Translations under genes and position numbers: made by a program | DNA from: Negativicutes bacterium | Lineage (GTDB): Bacteria; Bacillota; Negativicutes; UBA1444 | NCBI GenBank assembly: GCA_963665275.2 | Contig: CAXXIN010000020.1 | Span: forward strand, 1-17,484 | Direction: 5' to 3' | Length of the DNA: 17,484 nucleotides | Notes under the pieces: model-generated | Seen by the model: the letters and a program-made list of their open reading frames with translations, nothing else | The model's database searches: none | What the model was told of the DNA's origin: nothing | Shown: positions 17,171 to 17,484 of the stretch, piece after piece | How positions within the stretch are numbered: position 1 is the first letter of the stretch | Layout of the letters: each line of letters opens with the position of its first letter

Positions 17171-17484
17171 TTAAGTATTGACCATGCCGAGCATTTCATC
17201 ATAGATTTCTTGCCACATGCTGACAGCTTTGGCCGAAGCAGCATATGCTTGTTGATACGTCACCAGATTTGTTGCTTCTTCATTGGTGGAAACTCCGGAT
17301 ATGGAACTCCGTAAACTTTCAATAGTGCTCAGGATGGAGTCATGTCGTTCCGACTGTGTGGAAGCATATGAACTTGACGTGCCTAAGGTGGCCACAATCG
17401 AATTCATAGCATCTTCCGCACTAGCGCCCGCAAACATTTCGCTGCTTGCGCACAGATCGATCAAATCCGAAACATTTTCACTAT
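17171..17484 (-). CDS. flgK: Flagellar hook-associated protein 1 FlgK, C-terminal part (5' end outside window)
   Basis: Open frame to the window edge; C-terminus RSSISGVSTNEEATNLVTYQQAYAASAKAVS...EIYDEMLGMV; directly upstream of flgL. Confidence 0.92.
   Translation of the reverse strand, partial: SENVSDLIDLCASSEMFAGASAEDAMNSIVATLGTSSSYASTQSERHDSILSTIESLRSSISGVSTNEEATNLVTYQQAYAASAKAVSMWQEIYDEMLGMVNT

Overview
Roughly 50% GC window from an anaerobic, flagellated Firmicute (Negativicutes/Sporomusaceae-like by gene content; this is inference). Nearly all genes are on the minus strand. In transcription order from the right end: flgK (3' part)-flgL-fliD-FlgN/FliT-like chaperone; a TIGR04222-like membrane protein; a plus-strand OmpR/HisKA two-component pair divergent from a Ser/Thr/Asp-rich protein with three 32-aa repeats; gamma-carbonic-anhydrase-like gene, SagB-type nitroreductase, bacterioferritin; a BmrR-like MerR regulator; a buk-ptb-iorA-iorB-B3/4 operon; and a Cache-domain histidine kinase running off the left end. 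Many genes are split by single-base indels, mostly in short homopolymers, which most likely reflects sequencing error. The best lead is a MerR-type promoter (TTGACT-19 bp-TATTGT with an internal dyad) in front of a 2-oxoacid-to-acid ATP-yielding operon that ends in a standalone B3/4 tRNA-editing-domain gene. The second lead is the repeat protein plus two-component system next to a compact, Ser/Thr-rich flagellar junction/cap gene set.
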